A DNA stretch of 64,000 nucleotides from an uncultured Trueperaceae bacterium (GTDB lineage: Bacteria; Deinococcota; Deinococci; Deinococcales; Trueperaceae). Made by a program: the position numbers and the translations under genes. The DNA lies in the NCBI GenBank assembly GCA_963727505.1, contig CAVSGP010000004.1:960001-1024000 (forward strand). Direction: 5' to 3'. The notes under the pieces were generated by a model. It saw only the letters and a program-made list of their open reading frames with translations, did not search any database and was not told where the DNA came from. Below are positions 1 through 8,693 of this stretch, in pieces. How positions within the stretch are numbered: position 1 is the stretch's first letter; every line of letters starts with the position of its first letter.

Positions 1-375
1 GTCGGGAAGCTCCCGGTAGTCCGCTTCCGGCGTGGCCGAGGAGAAGAAGCAGTAGAGCCTCAGCACCTCCGGCCCGGGGTTGACGGTGGCGTGGCGGGCG
101 CCGGCGGGGACGATCCAGGCGTCCCCCTCTCCCACGCGCGTCCACCTGCCCTCCACCCACAGCGCGCCGCGCCCCCGCGCCACCACGATGACCTCCTCCA
201 TCGTGTCGTGCACGTGCGGCACGCGGGGGCTGGCATCGTCCTGCGGCTCGACATCGACCGTGCGGAACGAACAGGAGGCGGCGGAACCGGTCCGGGCCGA
301 GAACACCTCGCGCACCGAGCGGTTGGGGAGCCGGTACGCCTCCACCTCGTCGATGGTGCGCACGCTCGCCTTCAT
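1..375 (-). CDS. Cupin-domain protein (3' end runs off the window)
   Basis: Not in the ORF track. Read by hand from ATG at 375 (GAGGA SD): MKASVRTIDEVEAYRLPNRSVREVF...PHVHDTMEEVIVVARGRG...GDAWIVPAGARHATVN, which has both cupin motifs (HxH...E and G...P.G..H...N). Confidence 0.85.
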   Translation of the reverse strand, partial: MKASVRTIDEVEAYRLPNRSVREVFSARTGSAASCSFRTVDVEPQDDASPRVPHVHDTMEEVIVVARGRGALWVEGRWTRVGEGDAWIVPAGARHATVNPGPEVLRLYCFFSSATPEADYRELPD

Positions 376-454
376 GCGTTCCTCGTCGCCATACGAGATC
401 GCTGCCGCCGCGCATCCGCCGCCCGTCGCAGACCGGACGTCCGGCGCCGCCGGC

Positions 455-1234
455 TCATGCTGATCCGTCCGGCAGCTCGGCCATGGCGGCGCTCGCCTCG
501 CGCACGTCGGCGGCGATGCGGTCGGCCACGCCCGCGACGACGCGGGCCGCCTTCTCCGCCGTCGCCTGTTCCGGCGCGCCGTACCAGCCTGTCGCAGCAA
601 TCTGACGGACGTCGTGGAGCACCGGCCGCACGTTGGGGTTGCGGCGCACCGCGTCGATGCGCCGGCCGCGGCCGGGAGGCGAAGGGTTGGTGGCACGCTC
701 CACGTGGACCAGGGCGGGGTCGAAGGCCAGCACCGGCAGGACCTCCAGCTCGCCGCCGTGGGTGAGCCCGCCGGTCTCGTCGCCGAAGAGGTCGCGCGCC
801 ACGTAGCAGGCCTCGACCTTGAGGACCTCCATCCCCAGCTCGTGGTGGATGCGGCTGGCCGCGACGCCGATGGCGTCGCTGTTGCCCTCGTGCCAGTTGA
901 GGATGACGACGCGCTCGGCGCCATGCTGGGCCACGCTGCCCGCGAGATCGAGCATGACCGCCACGAAGGTCTCGGGGCGGAGCGTCACCGTGCCGGCGAA
1001 CCCCATATGGAAGGGCGTGATGCCCATCGGCGCGAACGGGACCACCAGGGCCCCGAGCCGCTCGGCGACCGCCCGCGCGAACACCAGCGCCGCGATCCAG
1101 TCGGTCCCGCACGGCAGGTGAGGGCCGTGTTGCTCCACCGAGCCGGTCGGGATGATCACCGTCTTGCTGGCCTCCAGCAGCGCCTCGGCCTCGGGCTGCG
1201 TGATGTCCATCAGGTCGTTGGGGTGGGTCGTCAC
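455..1234 (-). CDS. Creatininase/creatinine amidohydrolase family protein
   Basis: Motifs GSVEQHGPHLPCGTD, NWHEGN, HGGELE. GTG start at 1234 with GGAGG SD. The longer ORF-track start overlaps the ferredoxin gene. Confidence 0.9.
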   Translation of the reverse strand: MTTHPNDLMDITQPEAEALLEASKTVIIPTGSVEQHGPHLPCGTDWIAALVFARAVAERLGALVVPFAPMGITPFHMGFAGTVTLRPETFVAVMLDLAGSVAQHGAERVVILNWHEGNSDAIGVAASRIHHELGMEVLKVEACYVARDLFGDETGGLTHGGELEVLPVLAFDPALVHVERATNPSPPGRGRRIDAVRRNPNVRPVLHDVRQIAATGWYGAPEQATAEKAARVVAGVADRIAADVREASAAMAELPDGSA

Positions 1235-1242
1235 GTTCCTCC

Positions 1243-1551
1243 TCAGCCTTCCGCCGAAGCGGTGTCCGCCGGGTCCACCCTGCCCAGCAGCGTCACCACG
1301 TCGGTGGTGTTGTGCAGGATCTCGTCGGGGAACACGATGGTGATGGCGTTCGTCGGGCACACGGACTCGCAGTGACCGCAGTACCAGCACTCGTCCGGGA
1401 ACGCCACCACCGGCAAGGTCTCCCGGTCGCCCTCCTCCTTGTAGATGATGTCGCCGGGGCACACCCAGTCGCACAGCGTGCACCGGATGCAGGTGTTGGG
1501 ATCGATCTGGATGGGATTGTGCGCGCTCGCCGCGCCGTCGCCATGTTCCAT
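1243..1551 (-). CDS. 2x[4Fe-4S] ferredoxin (AsfB/AprB-like)
   Basis: CIRCTLCDWVCP and DECWYCGHCESVCP motifs; lies directly downstream of the flavoprotein. Confidence 0.9.
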   Translation of the reverse strand: MEHGDGAASAHNPIQIDPNTCIRCTLCDWVCPGDIIYKEEGDRETLPVVAFPDECWYCGHCESVCPTNAITIVFPDEILHNTTDVVTLLGRVDPADTASAEG

Positions 1552-1558
1552 GCTCGTC

Positions 1559-3283
1559 CTAGCCTCCCTTTCCTGGTTGCCGTCGCGGGAACGCCGAGGC
1601 GAGCGGCATCTGCGCCGACAGCGTGGTCACGCTCGGTCCCTCGGCCGTGCGGTCGACCAACACGAAGGAACGCCAATGGGCGTTGTCGGTCTCGGGATAG
1701 TCGATGCGCCAGTGCGCCGATCCGGTCCGCGTTTCCTGGCGCTCCAGCGCCGCCTCGGCGAGCAGCTCCGCGTTCAGGCGGATGTTGCGCGCCTCGTGCA
1801 CACGCATCAGGCCGTGCGTGTGTGTCGCACCCAGCGCTGCCCCCTCGCGCCGCAACGCCCGCAAGGTGTCGAGCGCGTGGCGCAGTCCGCGCTCGGTGCG
1901 CCGTACGCCGGCGAAGTCGGTGACCGTGTGCCGGATGCGATCCTCGAAGGCCTGCCAGGAGGGACCGCCTGGCTGCCGGAGATGGACGGTCGCCTCGCCG
2001 ATCAGCCGTTCCAACTCGCCGGGGTCCACCTCGGGCAGCGTGCCCCCCTCCTTGACGTACTGCACGATGCCCTCCCCGGCGATGTGGCCCAGCGTCGCCG
2101 CTCCGGCGATACCGCCGCTGACCGTAGCGCTGTCGCCTGCCGAGAACAGGCCGCGGACGGACGACTCGGCGTTGGCGTCGACAGCGATGCCGCTGCCGCG
2201 GAAGTAGAGCCCGCTTCGGCGGATGCTGAGCTCGGAGATCGACACCTCGACGGGGTCGGTGCGGAAATCCACGCCCTTCTGCCGGTAGAACGCCGGCAGG
2301 GTGTGCCGGTCGATCTGCAATGTCTCCTCCATGTGGTCGAGAACGTCGGTGGGGAGGTGGCGGCAGTCGAGGTAGATGGGACCGTTACCCTCCAGATACT
2401 CCTTGATGACGCCGTCGGCAAGCACGGCCCGGCGCGCGTTCTCCCCCTTGGGATCGTAGCGGAACATGAAACGCTCGCCCTGGCGATTGAGGAAGTAGGC
2501 GCCCAGGCTGACGAGCGCGTTGAGCCCCTGGGTCGAGAAACCCTTGGGGGTCAGCGTCGTCTCCGTGAACTCCATGTTGGCCAGGGTGGCGCCGGCGCGG
2601 TAGCCCATCGCCTGGGCGTCCCCGGTGTTGTACGGGCAGTGCCAGCTATCGAAGGCGAGCCCCGAAGCGTTCATGGACAGGCGGTTGACGTCCCCCGTCG
2701 AAAGCACCACGGCGCGCGCCCGCACGTAGTACCAGGCGCCAGAACGGATATCGAAGGCCAGCACGCCGTAGGCGCGGCCGTCCTCCACCAGCACCTGGAC
2801 CCCCATGGTGCGAGCCAGCACGGTGGCCTTGCCCCGCCGCACGCGTTGACCGATGTGGTGCTTGAAGCGGGTGCCGTCGAAGTTGATGTGGTAGGCGCCG
2901 GGAAGCCCGAACGAGCGGTGGCGGTCGTAGGTCCCGGTACGCGGGTCCTTGAAGTCGACGCCCAGCGCCTCGAGCTTGCGCAGCACGCGCGGCATCTCGC
3001 GGACCACCCGGTCGGTGACTTCCATGTCGACGATGCCGTCGGTCAGGTCGGGGATGTGCTTGAGGAGGAACTCCGGGGTGTCCCATTCGGGCCCCGTCTC
3101 CATGATCGTCAGATAGTGGTCGACGCCGCCGCCGACCGAGCCGCTGCGTTCGAGCAGCTTGCCCTTGTCACAGATCACGACCTCCAGCCCGGCCTCCAGC
3201 GCCGGGATCGCTGCCATGCAGCCGGCGACCCCACCGCCGACCACGGCAACGTCGGTCTCGAGCCGGATCACGTCGTCGTTCAC
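1559..3283 (-). CDS. FAD-dependent oxidoreductase, SdhA/FrdA/AprA superfamily (AsfA/AprA-like)
   Basis: VVGGGVAGCMAA Rossmann motif, ERSGS, NTGDAQAMGYRAGATLANME, GLFSAGD, C-terminal RQETRTGSAHWRIDYPETD; GTG start with AAGGAGG SD. Confidence 0.85.
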   Translation of the reverse strand: MNDDVIRLETDVAVVGGGVAGCMAAIPALEAGLEVVICDKGKLLERSGSVGGGVDHYLTIMETGPEWDTPEFLLKHIPDLTDGIVDMEVTDRVVREMPRVLRKLEALGVDFKDPRTGTYDRHRSFGLPGAYHINFDGTRFKHHIGQRVRRGKATVLARTMGVQVLVEDGRAYGVLAFDIRSGAWYYVRARAVVLSTGDVNRLSMNASGLAFDSWHCPYNTGDAQAMGYRAGATLANMEFTETTLTPKGFSTQGLNALVSLGAYFLNRQGERFMFRYDPKGENARRAVLADGVIKEYLEGNGPIYLDCRHLPTDVLDHMEETLQIDRHTLPAFYRQKGVDFRTDPVEVSISELSIRRSGLYFRGSGIAVDANAESSVRGLFSAGDSATVSGGIAGAATLGHIAGEGIVQYVKEGGTLPEVDPGELERLIGEATVHLRQPGGPSWQAFEDRIRHTVTDFAGVRRTERGLRHALDTLRALRREGAALGATHTHGLMRVHEARNIRLNAELLAEAALERQETRTGSAHWRIDYPETDNAHWRSFVLVDRTAEGPSVTTLSAQMPLASAFPRRQPGKGG

Positions 3284-3311
3284 GGCAAGCCTCCTTCACG
3301 GCAGGGCACCC

Positions 3312-4433
3312 TCATCCGTCGTACCGCAGGATCTCGATGCCTGCACCCCCCCGATCACTGGTGAACGCCAGACCATCCGCCTGGACGAACACGTCGTTGG
3401 TCTGCGGGTGGACGTCCCCCTTCGACGGCGGGACATGGCTGGCCACCTCGACCGGGGCGCGGGGGTCGGAGCAGTCGTACGCTCGTAGCCCCCCACTGAA
3501 GTAGGTCACGAAGATCAGCGTTTCACTCGAGAACGCACCAGGGCGGTTCTCGTGCAGGTTGTGGGGCCCGAAGCGGGGTCCGTGCGTGCGCACGGGCCCC
3601 TCGGGCTCCGGGAACGTCGAGAGCTCCTTGGGGTGGCTCTCGTCCTGGATGTCGAAGACCCGAACGAGCCGAGGCGTGGCGTCGTGCTCGGGCGTGGCCT
3701 TGGCCTCGTCGGTCACCACCAGCAGCCCGCGGCCGGGTAGCGGCATGGTGGTGTGGGTGTGTCCCCCGTGCTCGGGCGCCCAGGCAGCCGAGCCGACCAC
3801 CGTAGGCCGGCTCGGGTCGTGGATGTCGAGGATGCGCAGGCCACCGTCCCACACACCTGCATAGGCGCGATCACCGTGGCGAATGGCATGGTGGAGCTTG
3901 GGGTTGATGGTGTCCGGCCAGGCAGGCACCTCGCCGCCGGCCTCCCATTGGCCTGGCATCCACCAGCGGCCGGTCTCGCGGGGGCGCGCCGGATCCGAGA
4001 CGTCCACGATCAGCAGCATGCGATCGCGGAAACCCGGGGCGACGGCCGATAGGTAGACGGTGGGCTCGAGCTCGTCACACCACATGCGGTGCACGCCCCG
4101 GCCGCCGGTGTCGTAGAACGACACCTGGCGCGGATGCGCGGGATCGCTCAGGTCGAAGATCCCGAAGCCGGTACGCTCGGCCCGTTCCCCGGCGCGCCAC
4201 TCGTAGTTGACGAAGAGCAGGTCTTGGACGATCTGCACTTTGGGTGACATGGTGTTGGCGTAGCCGGGTAGGAAGCCCGCGAGGACGGGTTCGCGCGGAT
4301 CGGACACGTCCAAGACCGCGGTCCCGACACCGGGTTCCATGTTGCCGACGTAGAGGTGCCGGCCGTGCGACATGAGCTGCATGGTGCTGCCCTTGCTGCC
4401 GAGATCATGATGACCGAGAAGTTCGAAGCCCAT
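3312..4433 (-). CDS. LVIVD-repeat (beta-propeller) protein
   Basis: Repeated [VL]xD[VL]SDPxxP units, GGLRILDI, GGLRAYD; conserved His motifs (VHRM, LHHA, HTHT, GPHN). Confidence 0.85.
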   Translation of the reverse strand: MGFELLGHHDLGSKGSTMQLMSHGRHLYVGNMEPGVGTAVLDVSDPREPVLAGFLPGYANTMSPKVQIVQDLLFVNYEWRAGERAERTGFGIFDLSDPAHPRQVSFYDTGGRGVHRMWCDELEPTVYLSAVAPGFRDRMLLIVDVSDPARPRETGRWWMPGQWEAGGEVPAWPDTINPKLHHAIRHGDRAYAGVWDGGLRILDIHDPSRPTVVGSAAWAPEHGGHTHTTMPLPGRGLLVVTDEAKATPEHDATPRLVRVFDIQDESHPKELSTFPEPEGPVRTHGPRFGPHNLHENRPGAFSSETLIFVTYFSGGLRAYDCSDPRAPVEVASHVPPSKGDVHPQTNDVFVQADGLAFTSDRGGAGIEILRYDG

Positions 4434-4445
4434 CGTCGTCCTTAT

Positions 4446-5465
4446 CTACTGGATTTTGGCGACCGCCTGCTTGAGGATCGGCACGATGCTCTGACCGGCC
4501 GCGGCGATCTGTCCGACCTTCGGTTGCTCTTCCGCGCCCTGCATCGGCACGATGATGAGCCCCTGCTTCTTGGCGTCGGCCAGCAGGCCGGGATCGTGCA
4601 GCGCCGCCCAGACGGCCGAGCGCATGGCGCTCACAGCGGCATCGGGCATGCCGGGAGGGCCGAAGAAGCTGCGGTGCATGGTGATCATGTTGACGATCGC
4701 CTGAACGAGCTCCTTGCCCTGGCCCTGGGTGACCTCGAGGGCCGTAGGCACGTCGGGGTAGCCCGACTCGCGCGCGTCGCCGATGGTCAGGATCGGCCGC
4801 AGATCGCCAGCCTGGATGCCCGACAGCGAGGAGTGCCAGGCGGTGATGTGTCCGTCTCCCTCACCCTTGATGACGGCCAGGGTGGTGTCGGCGTTGCCCT
4901 GGTAGCCGGTGACGGCCTTGAGCTCGAAGTTCAAGGCGTAGGCCAGCACCGCCATGGTGTAGAAGTCCTCGTCGGTGCCCTGCGTCGGGAAGATGAAGGG
5001 GCGACCGAGGTTCTGGACGTCCTGCATGGTCTGGATCTTCGACTTACCGCCCACCACCAGCACGCGCGCCTCGGTGGCGGCGCGCCCCAGGTAGACGAAC
5101 TTGGTGGCGTCGAACTCGACGCCCTGGCTGCCGGAGAGCTGTGCCAGCACCAGGGCCGGCACGCTCGTGAAAGCGATCGTCATGCCGTCGGGCTTGGCGT
5201 GCCAGAGGTAGTTGGCACCCACCACGCCGCCCGCGCCCTGCATGTTCTTGACGCGCACGTCGGCCGCGCCGAGGTGCTTGGCGATGTAGGGGGCGATCAT
5301 GCGGGCGTACTGCGTCATCTGGCCGCTCGGGCTGTTGGGCAGGATCAGGGTGACCGTCTTGCCCTTGTAGTAGTCCGAGCCGCTCTGGGCCATCGCCATC
5401 CCGCCTACGAGCGCGAGCGCGGCGATCAGCCCTACCATGATGTTGAAGCGTGCCTTCCGTCCCAC
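4446..5465 (-). CDS. tctC: Tripartite tricarboxylate transporter substrate-binding protein (TctC/Bug family)
   Basis: Signal peptide, YYKGKTVTLI, NMQGAGGVVGAN, KPDGMT, GYQG, PDVPT, PPGMP. Probable GTG start at 5465 after GGAGG. Confidence 0.85.
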   Translation of the reverse strand: MGRKARFNIMVGLIAALALVGGMAMAQSGSDYYKGKTVTLILPNSPSGQMTQYARMIAPYIAKHLGAADVRVKNMQGAGGVVGANYLWHAKPDGMTIAFTSVPALVLAQLSGSQGVEFDATKFVYLGRAATEARVLVVGGKSKIQTMQDVQNLGRPFIFPTQGTDEDFYTMAVLAYALNFELKAVTGYQGNADTTLAVIKGEGDGHITAWHSSLSGIQAGDLRPILTIGDARESGYPDVPTALEVTQGQGKELVQAIVNMITMHRSFFGPPGMPDAAVSAMRSAVWAALHDPGLLADAKKQGLIIVPMQGAEEQPKVGQIAAAGQSIVPILKQAVAKIQ

Positions 5466-5543
5466 AGTTGCCTCCATGTTCCGGTCGTGTCTGGCGTGAG
5501 GTCGTCGATCGTGGTTCCTTCGCCTCCACTCCTTCCCGACCGC

Positions 5544-6077
5544 TCAGAGCGGTCCCGGCAAGATGCCGTGATACATCTGGGTGTTCAGCAGCACGACGAA
5601 GAGCAGGTACAACGCCCCGCTCACGCCGATGGAAAGGGCCAGCGCGCTGTACCAGCGCAAGCGCCCGATGGCGGCCGCGTCGCCGAGCACGAACAGGAAG
5701 ATGCCCACGATGGGGCCGAGAAGCAGCACCAGGCCAAGAAGCACCGCCAGCAACACGAACGCGATGACCTCGCGGCGCGCGTGCGTGCCGGGCGGGTGGA
5801 CCGTGGCGGCTTTCGTGCGTGACGCCCGCGCCTTGTCCTGCACACCCTCGCGCGCGCTTCGCCGCGTCAGCACCTCCAGGACATCGACATGCAGGTCGTC
5901 CGGCGAGCCGGTGTTCTGCACCACCAGCTGAGCGATCACCAACACCAGCGAGAACACCGCAACCGGCACGGGCACCAAACGCGAGCGTGGTCCGTAGCCC
6001 ATGCTGATGATGATCACGGCGACCAAGATGCCGACCAGCACCACGCCGAGGATGTTCTCCTGGGCACGGCGGCTCAT
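5544..6077 (-). CDS. tctB: Tripartite tricarboxylate transporter small membrane subunit (TctB)
   Basis: About 4-5 hydrophobic segments, positioned between tctA and tctC, ATGA overlap with tctA. Confidence 0.8.
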   Translation of the reverse strand: MSRRAQENILGVVLVGILVAVIIISMGYGPRSRLVPVPVAVFSLVLVIAQLVVQNTGSPDDLHVDVLEVLTRRSAREGVQDKARASRTKAATVHPPGTHARREVIAFVLLAVLLGLVLLLGPIVGIFLFVLGDAAAIGRLRWYSALALSIGVSGALYLLFVVLLNTQMYHGILPGPL

Positions 6078-7576
6078 GGTTCCCTCGCGTCTGCGGCCGC
6101 CCGCCGGCGCGCCATTCGCCGGCGCACGATCGGAAATGCCGTGGTGAACAGGATGAACAGGAACATGGCTAGCGTGACGGGACGCGTGAAGATGAAGGTG
6201 CTTCCGTAGAGGGTCAGCGAGATGTGCAGATCGCGCTCGATCATGGTGGCCAGCACCATGCCGATCACGAAGTCGGCGCGGGAGAAGTTGTACTTGTCCA
6301 TCGCGTATCCGACGACGCCGAAGACAGCGGCCACGATCACGTCACCGACGCGCCCGTTGGTCGCGTATGCGCCCATGAAGCACACTGCAAGCACCACGGG
6401 CACCAGGTAGCGGGCCGGCAGGGTGGCCGAGCGCGCCAGCGTCTTGGCACTGAGAAGCCCGATCACCGTGGTGAGGATGTTGGCGATCACGATGATCCAC
6501 ACCATGGTGAACACCAGGCTCAGGTTGGTGGTCAGCATCTGGCGCCCTGGCGTGATGCCCATGTTGATGAAGGCGGCCAGCAGGATCGCCATGCTCTCGC
6601 CGCCAGGGATGCCGAAGGCCAGCGTGGGGAGCAGGCCGCCGCCTTCGGTGGCGGCCAGGGTGGCGTCCGGCCCGATGACGCCCTCGACCGCGCCGTGACC
6701 GAAGCGCTCGGGGTGTTTCGAGGTCTGGGCGGCCTGCGCATAGGCGGCGATGCCGCCGACACTGGCGCCGACCCCCGGCAGCACCCCGATCCAGAGGCCG
6801 AGCACGCTGGAGCGCAACACCAGCCACCAGTGGCGGAAGGTGTCCTGGACCCCGTCCCACACGGTGCTCGACTCGGCATCGACCTGCGCCTCCACCACCG
6901 AGCCGCCCTTGACGAAGAGCTTCAGCATCTGCGACACCGCGAACAGTCCGATCATGGCGACCGGGAACGAGATGCCGTCGAGGAGGAAGAGGCTGCCGAA
7001 GGTGTAGCGGGCGGTGCCGGTGATGGGGTCCATGCCGATGAAGGCGACCAGGATGCCAAGGCCGGCGGCGATGAGCCCCTTGAGCACCGAGCCTTCGCTG
7101 AAGGTCGCGATGATGGTCAGGCCCCAGAGCGCCATCATGAAGTACTCGCTGGGTCCGAGCGCCAGCATCAGCGGTCGGACGACGGGGATGGTGGCCACCA
7201 GGAAGACCGCACCGATGATGCCCCCGAGCAGCGCGGCCATGGCCGAAGCTCCGAGAGCCCGCGCGCCTTCGCCGCGCTGCGTCATGGGATAGCCGTCGAA
7301 GACGCTGGTGATGGTCTTGGCGGCGCCCGGCACGTTGAACAGGATGCCGGTGATGGAGCCGCCCCAGACGGTGGCGGCATGAGCTCCGAGAAGGAGGGCC
7401 AACGCGGCAGCCGGTTGGAACCCGAAGGTGAAAGGCAGGACGAGCGCCATGGCGACGATCCCGCCCAGGCCGGGCAGGACGCCGATGATGAGCCCGTAGA
7501 TCACCCCGACGACCATGAAGAGCATCGACTGTGGCGTGAACAGTGCCAGCAAGCCAGTCACCGCTGCGGCGATCAC
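6074..7576 (-). CDS. tctA: Tripartite tricarboxylate transporter large permease (TctA)
   Basis: 500 aa, GVLPGLGG, ILFNVPG, DGYPM, GMDPITGTARYTFG, PTLAFGIPG. Confidence 0.92.
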   Translation of the reverse strand: MIAAAVTGLLALFTPQSMLFMVVGVIYGLIIGVLPGLGGIVAMALVLPFTFGFQPAAALALLLGAHAATVWGGSITGILFNVPGAAKTITSVFDGYPMTQRGEGARALGASAMAALLGGIIGAVFLVATIPVVRPLMLALGPSEYFMMALWGLTIIATFSEGSVLKGLIAAGLGILVAFIGMDPITGTARYTFGSLFLLDGISFPVAMIGLFAVSQMLKLFVKGGSVVEAQVDAESSTVWDGVQDTFRHWWLVLRSSVLGLWIGVLPGVGASVGGIAAYAQAAQTSKHPERFGHGAVEGVIGPDATLAATEGGGLLPTLAFGIPGGESMAILLAAFINMGITPGRQMLTTNLSLVFTMVWIIVIANILTTVIGLLSAKTLARSATLPARYLVPVVLAVCFMGAYATNGRVGDVIVAAVFGVVGYAMDKYNFSRADFVIGMVLATMIERDLHISLTLYGSTFIFTRPVTLAMFLFILFTTAFPIVRRRMARRRAAADAREP

Positions 7577-7591
7577 TCCCAGCCCTCCTTC

Positions 7592-8653
7592 CTAGCCCAG
7601 CAGCTCGGCAACGTCGACGATCCTGCCTTCGCGGCTCGAGCGCACCGCTGCCAGCATCACCGCGACGTTGCGGGTCGCGACCTCGGCATCGACCTCGGCC
7701 GCAACCTCGCCGCGCACCGCCCGGGCGAACTCCTCGACCTCTTCGCGCAGGTGATCGACGCCAGGGATCTCAACCTCGGCGTCACGGAGCTCGAAGTCGT
7801 CGGGGTCGTCGGTTGCTCGCGCGAAGGCGCGCTTGGTGAGGCTCGAGTGCGCGTCGGTCACGTCCGAGTTGCTCCACCAGCTGAAATCGAGCTGGTAGAA
7901 CAGGTCGGCCGTGGTCCCGTAGACGTTGATGGTGAAGACGCCGGGACAGGCCCAGTTCGTCCCCAGGTAGGCCATGGGGCCGCTCTCGAACTCGAGCACC
8001 GTGACGTTCACCGTGTCGTTCTCGACGCGCGTGTACATGGGCTTCCCGAAGGTGGCGACGCGCTTCACGGGGCCGAGCAGGTACTGCAGGTTGTCGATCT
8101 GGTGGATGCCCAGTTGCGTCAACGGGCCCCCCGGGGCCTTCTCGGGATCGCCGCGCCAGTTCCCGGGCGTGATCTGCAGGCCGCGTTCGTTGGCGAACAC
8201 CGCCTCGATGACCGAGACCTCGCCGATCTCGCCCGACGCCATCATCGCCTTGATCTTGCGCAGTCCTCCGAGGCGCCGCGCCGAGTGCCCGCAGGTGAAC
8301 ACCACGCCAGAGTCGGCCACCGCACGCTCGATGCGGCGCGCGTCGGCCAGCGTGACGGCGATGGGCTTCTCCACGAAGGCGTGTTTGCCCGCCGCCGCCG
8401 CCTGCTCGATGACGACAGCGTGCTGGTCGTTGGGCACCGTCACGATGACGCCATCGACGTCGTCACGCGCCAGTAGGGCCTCGAGGCTGGTGTCCTGCCC
8501 GCAGCCGTAGCGCTCTGCGAAGGCGTCGCGCTTGCCCGGGGAGCGGCTGAAGCAGCTGACCAGCTCGACCTCGCTGCTGCGGGTGTAGGCGTCTGCCAGC
8601 ACGTTGGCCCAGCGCCCCAGCCCCACCGCGGCCACACGCACGGGCCGGCTCAT
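7592..8653 (-). CDS. Gfo/Idh/MocA family NAD(P)-dependent oxidoreductase
   Basis: VGLGRWA, AGKHAFVEKP, GGPLTQLGIHQID. Confidence 0.9.
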   Translation of the reverse strand: MSRPVRVAAVGLGRWANVLADAYTRSSEVELVSCFSRSPGKRDAFAERYGCGQDTSLEALLARDDVDGVIVTVPNDQHAVVIEQAAAAGKHAFVEKPIAVTLADARRIERAVADSGVVFTCGHSARRLGGLRKIKAMMASGEIGEVSVIEAVFANERGLQITPGNWRGDPEKAPGGPLTQLGIHQIDNLQYLLGPVKRVATFGKPMYTRVENDTVNVTVLEFESGPMAYLGTNWACPGVFTINVYGTTADLFYQLDFSWWSNSDVTDAHSSLTKRAFARATDDPDDFELRDAEVEIPGVDHLREEVEEFARAVRGEVAAEVDAEVATRNVAVMLAAVRSSREGRIVDVAELLG

Positions 8654-8693
8654 CGCGTCTCCCCGCCGTCGGGGGTCGATGCCCCTGGCACGC

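Noticed and set aside
1559..3283. Evidence of dissimilatory sulfate reduction (aprAB)
   Set aside because: No sat, qmo or dsr genes in the window, and the sequence looks closer to AsfA-like flavoproteins.
1445..3364. 639-aa plus-strand ORF
   Set aside because: Antisense shadow of the flavoprotein gene; no motifs; typical of high-GC DNA.
6224..8476. 750-aa plus-strand ORF
   Set aside because: Antisense shadow of tctA and the Gfo/Idh/MocA gene.
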